Assembly (NCBI GenBank): GCA_040235515.1
Contig: JBECKX010000190.1
Location: 1-19,813, forward strand
DNA length: 19,813 bases
DNA from: Candidatus Zixiibacteriota bacterium
GTDB lineage: Bacteria; Zixibacteria; MSB-5A5; CAIYYT01
Direction of reading: 5' to 3'
The notes beneath the pieces are model-generated. The model worked only from the letters and a program-made list of their open reading frames with translations. It was not told the origin of the DNA and searched no databases. Below, in pieces: positions 17,022 to 19,813 of the stretch. Position 1 is the stretch's first letter. Every line of letters starts with the position of its first letter. The position numbers and the translations under genes were made by a program.

Positions 17022-19526
17022 CTAATGCACATCCTGGATCGCGCTCGGCGGTATCGTGTCAGCATCCGCAGACTGCAACACCTCCAGCTCCGAGAGCCAG
17101 ATCACGCTCGAGTAATCGGGCGAGCCGGAGTTCGCCGGTTGCCATATTCTGATCCTGCTGGTTGTCACCGGTGCGAATTCGCTGACCGTGATCGGACCGG
17201 TCGGCGGATTGGTTATCGTCGCCAGGTCGGTGTAAGCGCTGCCATTCCACGCCTGCACCTTGACTTGCTGCGAAGTCATCCACGAGGAACTGTATGGATT
17301 CCAGGCCCAGCACAACCCGACTCTGTCGACTGTTCTCGGTCCGCCCAGATCAATCTCGACCCAGTGCGGCACACCTGAATCCTGGTTGGATGCCCACGTG
17401 CTGCTCTCGGCGCCGTAGGGGTCATTCACACCATCCGTAATCCTCGCCGGATTGTAACCGGGGTAGGTGCCCGACACTCCGGGCGACAGGCCCAGCCCGA
17501 CATTCTCGCCGCTGGTCGCAGTATGGAATGTATGATCGTTGCCGACCACTTCGTTGCCGTCGGCATCCTGCGAACGCACACGATAATGATATTCCGTGTC
17601 CTGTTGCAGCCCCATCAGCACAACGCCGTGGCTTGTAACATAATTTCCGTCGATGGCTGAGGATGTGCCATACCCGCTGGTCAACCCCCATTCGACCTGC
17701 GAAGTAGACGGCTCATTCGTATCCCAGACCACCCTGGCGGTCGTCGTCGTAATCTCGATCGCTTCCGGTCCACCGGTAATCACCGGATCGTTCACATCCG
17801 CCTGCGCGGTCGTAAACGTGTTATCCCCGCCGACTCGCTCATTGCCGCAAGCATCCTGCGACCGTACCCGGAAATGGTAGAGTGTACTCTGTGACAACCC
17901 GCTCAGCGTGATCGAGTGCGTCGTTACCATCGAACTGTTGGAGACCGACGGCGAAGAGTAGCTTATCGTGGTTCCGAAATCGACGGTGCTCGATGATGAC
18001 TCGTTGGTGGTCCAGGTGATCGTCGCCGTGCTTGAAGTCACGTTCGTAACCTGGACATTCGAGATCGTCGGCGCTGTCGCATCACCGCTGCAGTCTAAAG
18101 GGGAGTAAGCCCCGATGTAGGTCGGATAAGCACCACCACGCCCGCCGGTGGCGGCAGGTGATGATACATCGATCGCATAAGGATTACCGTCTACTGTAAC
18201 GAATTGCGGATCGCCCAACTTCGAATTTGCGTCCTGCGGCCCCCAGTGAAATCCGTAGGATTTTAAGTTGGCGCTCCGCCATTCACTCCAGGTCGCGTTA
18301 TCATTCCAAGGGCGATAATCGAAGTAGGGCGTTGTTGCAATATTGGCAGAGAAGTAGTAGAGATTATGGTCGATTTCGATCGAGTCCGGTGGATCAACCG
18401 GATCATTTGGATAAGTATTCTTAAATCCGATGGCTCCAGAGTATGTACCATCGGCGTCACCATCCGCCGTGGGATTATAGCAGATATTGTTGAATATGTG
18501 TTCGGAACGCATCGAGCGAGTATACCACGCACTGAACATCGTTCCGCCACCGTCGCTCACGATGGTGTTGTTGTAAATGTAAAGCCTAGTAGTGTGCTTG
18601 CCAGCGTCACCTGTAGGCCCTTCCGGCACTATTGCGACCTTGCCTGAATTCACGATGATGTAGTTGAAGCGAACTACTGTTGAGTCTTGATTACTTCCGA
18701 ATGACGGTTTGATGCCGAACGCCCCGGCGGGATGTGTTACGTCAACCCAGTTCGAGTCGATCAAGACATTCCTTGTGGTGAACTCCGACGAACTGGTCTG
18801 GCTGTCACCCTTGAGCATGATGCCCTGCTCGCACGCCCAGATTCTGTTCTTTCTGAATATCGCATCACTCAGAGAATAGATATGAATCCCGGATGCGTTG
18901 AAGTCCTGGTACTTGTAATCGTCACCGATATGGTGAATGTCGCAGTCATAGACTACCAAACCGACGCAATCGCTGGCATCACCATTGGCAAATGTGATGA
19001 TTCCACCATTATTGTTACCGCCGGTGGATCCCGTAACCGAATCGATCTCGCAATGCTGGACCGTGATATGGCTCGATGCATTCATTATCAGACCTCGATA
19101 GCCGTGACTGAAATGAAGCGAATCCAGGACGATGTAGGCGCAGTTGCCGAAGAATCCCAGGTTGGACACATCCTGCTGCCCCCAAATTCGAGGTCTGTCG
19201 CTCCCCGGCCAGTTCTTGTAAATGATTGGGTTCGATGAAGTTCCTGAATTGATCGGCCTGATGGCGTTTGTCTTGCTCCCCGGTCCACCTGCCGCCATAT
19301 GCTCGCGATAGGGACCTCCCTTAATATACACGATGTCGCCAGCTACCAGGGTTGAACACGCGTGACCGAGTGTTTTCCATGGGTGTGAAGCGTCATTGTT
19401 GGCATTGTTGCTGTTGGAAGCATTGGGATGATCTTTATCCAACCAATAAGTGCGAGCAGCTGCGGGAACGCTGTACAAGATCAAGAGCGTACAGGCAATG
19501 CCTATGGCAACTATGAGTCTTTTCAT
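17022..19526 (-). CDS. Secreted 834-aa protein: right-handed parallel beta-helix (pectate-lyase-like) + 2 fibronectin type III domains + F5/8 type C (discoidin/CBM32-like) domain
   Basis: Signal peptide MKRLIVAIGIACTLLILYSVPAAA with a GAGGA RBS. Beta-helix cap PWKTL..A...LVAGDIVYIKGGPY and repeated I.NN.I strands. Two FN3 units (ATITWTTNE...YHFRVRSQD..GN). Discoidin motifs ITDG, W, HWVEIDLG and WLSELEV. Confidence 0.9.
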   Translation of the reverse strand: MKRLIVAIGIACTLLILYSVPAAARTYWLDKDHPNASNSNNANNDASHPWKTLGHACSTLVAGDIVYIKGGPYREHMAAGGPGSKTNAIRPINSGTSSNPIIYKNWPGSDRPRIWGQQDVSNLGFFGNCAYIVLDSLHFSHGYRGLIMNASSHITVQHCEIDSVTGSTGGNNNGGIITFANGDASDCVGLVVYDCDIHHIGDDYKYQDFNASGIHIYSLSDAIFRKNRIWACEQGIMLKGDSQTSSSEFTTRNVLIDSNWVDVTHPAGAFGIKPSFGSNQDSTVVRFNYIIVNSGKVAIVPEGPTGDAGKHTTRLYIYNNTIVSDGGGTMFSAWYTRSMRSEHIFNNICYNPTADGDADGTYSGAIGFKNTYPNDPVDPPDSIEIDHNLYYFSANIATTPYFDYRPWNDNATWSEWRSANLKSYGFHWGPQDANSKLGDPQFVTVDGNPYAIDVSSPAATGGRGGAYPTYIGAYSPLDCSGDATAPTISNVQVTNVTSSTATITWTTNESSSSTVDFGTTISYSSPSVSNSSMVTTHSITLSGLSQSTLYHFRVRSQDACGNERVGGDNTFTTAQADVNDPVITGGPEAIEITTTTARVVWDTNEPSTSQVEWGLTSGYGTSSAIDGNYVTSHGVVLMGLQQDTEYHYRVRSQDADGNEVVGNDHTFHTATSGENVGLGLSPGVSGTYPGYNPARITDGVNDPYGAESSTWASNQDSGVPHWVEIDLGGPRTVDRVGLCWAWNPYSSSWMTSQQVKVQAWNGSAYTDLATITNPPTGPITVSEFAPVTTSRIRIWQPANSGSPDYSSVIWLSELEVLQSADADTIPPSAIQDVH
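17520..18083 (-). repeat. Intragenic tandem duplication of two FN3 domains
   Basis: WTTNESSSSTVDFG...YHFRVRSQDACGNERVGGDNTFTT versus WDTNEPSTSQVEWG...YHYRVRSQDADGNEVVGNDHTFHT. Confidence 0.8.
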
Positions 19527-19813
19527 CGTAGTGTCCTCAAACTGGTGTATCATTCTGCCGGCAAGTACCCGGCAGGCTCGGTGTTGTATCGACCTCGGAC
19601 CGAGCCTTCCAGACCCGTGTCTCGCAGGTCTGATTCAATTCTTACGTAAACTATCCAAACGCAGAACTGGCGATTCGTGGCTCTGCAACCACGCGATCTA
19701 AGCAGTCAGCCCCGTTGGCGGTACTCCGCGGGGTCGATTCAACAGGCTCCTTTTTAAACTCCGTCACTATAGAGTGTCGGTCAGGAACCGTCTACTACTT
19801 ACATCACACAGTT

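Noticed and set aside
554..19701. Numerous short antisense or alternate-frame ORFs overlapping the called genes
   Set aside because: Expected shadow ORFs of GC-rich coding sequence; none shows motifs or independent expression signals.
19775..19780. TGTCGG/CCGACA half-site identical to one arm of the 6419-6435 box
   Set aside because: No matching second arm and no valid sigma-54 promoter between it and the gene.

Overview
Bacterial chromosomal window with no RNA genes, CRISPR arrays or mobile elements. The partial gene at the left edge ends in ...GEFTATRKMILLK*, a style suggesting an FCB-superphylum lineage such as Zixibacteria, Calditrichota or Ignavibacteria (inference). Left part: a minus-strand tkt-rpiB-pgi operon with a clear sigma-70 promoter, then a small orphan gene. 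From about 5.6 kb onward is a cell-surface glycan locus. It contains a PEP-CTERM sorted protein, an overlapping ATP-grasp/GT4/LMW-phosphatase cassette, three SAM methyltransferases (one FkbM), a Wzx-like flippase, a VanZ fusion, a GT-C (ArnT/PMT-like) transferase and a large secreted beta-helix/FN3/FN3/discoidin protein. The most notable items are: (1) a complete sigma-54 control region in front of the PEP-CTERM gene (-24/-12 element, abutting 35-bp palindrome, TGT-N11-ACA box); (2) a degenerate 15-bp tandem array ahead of the flippase whose variation looks like coding of an (A-M-T-x-F/I)n micro-protein; (3) an orphan FN3-start-like C-terminal tail on the large secreted protein. All family calls come from motif recognition by eye, not database searches.
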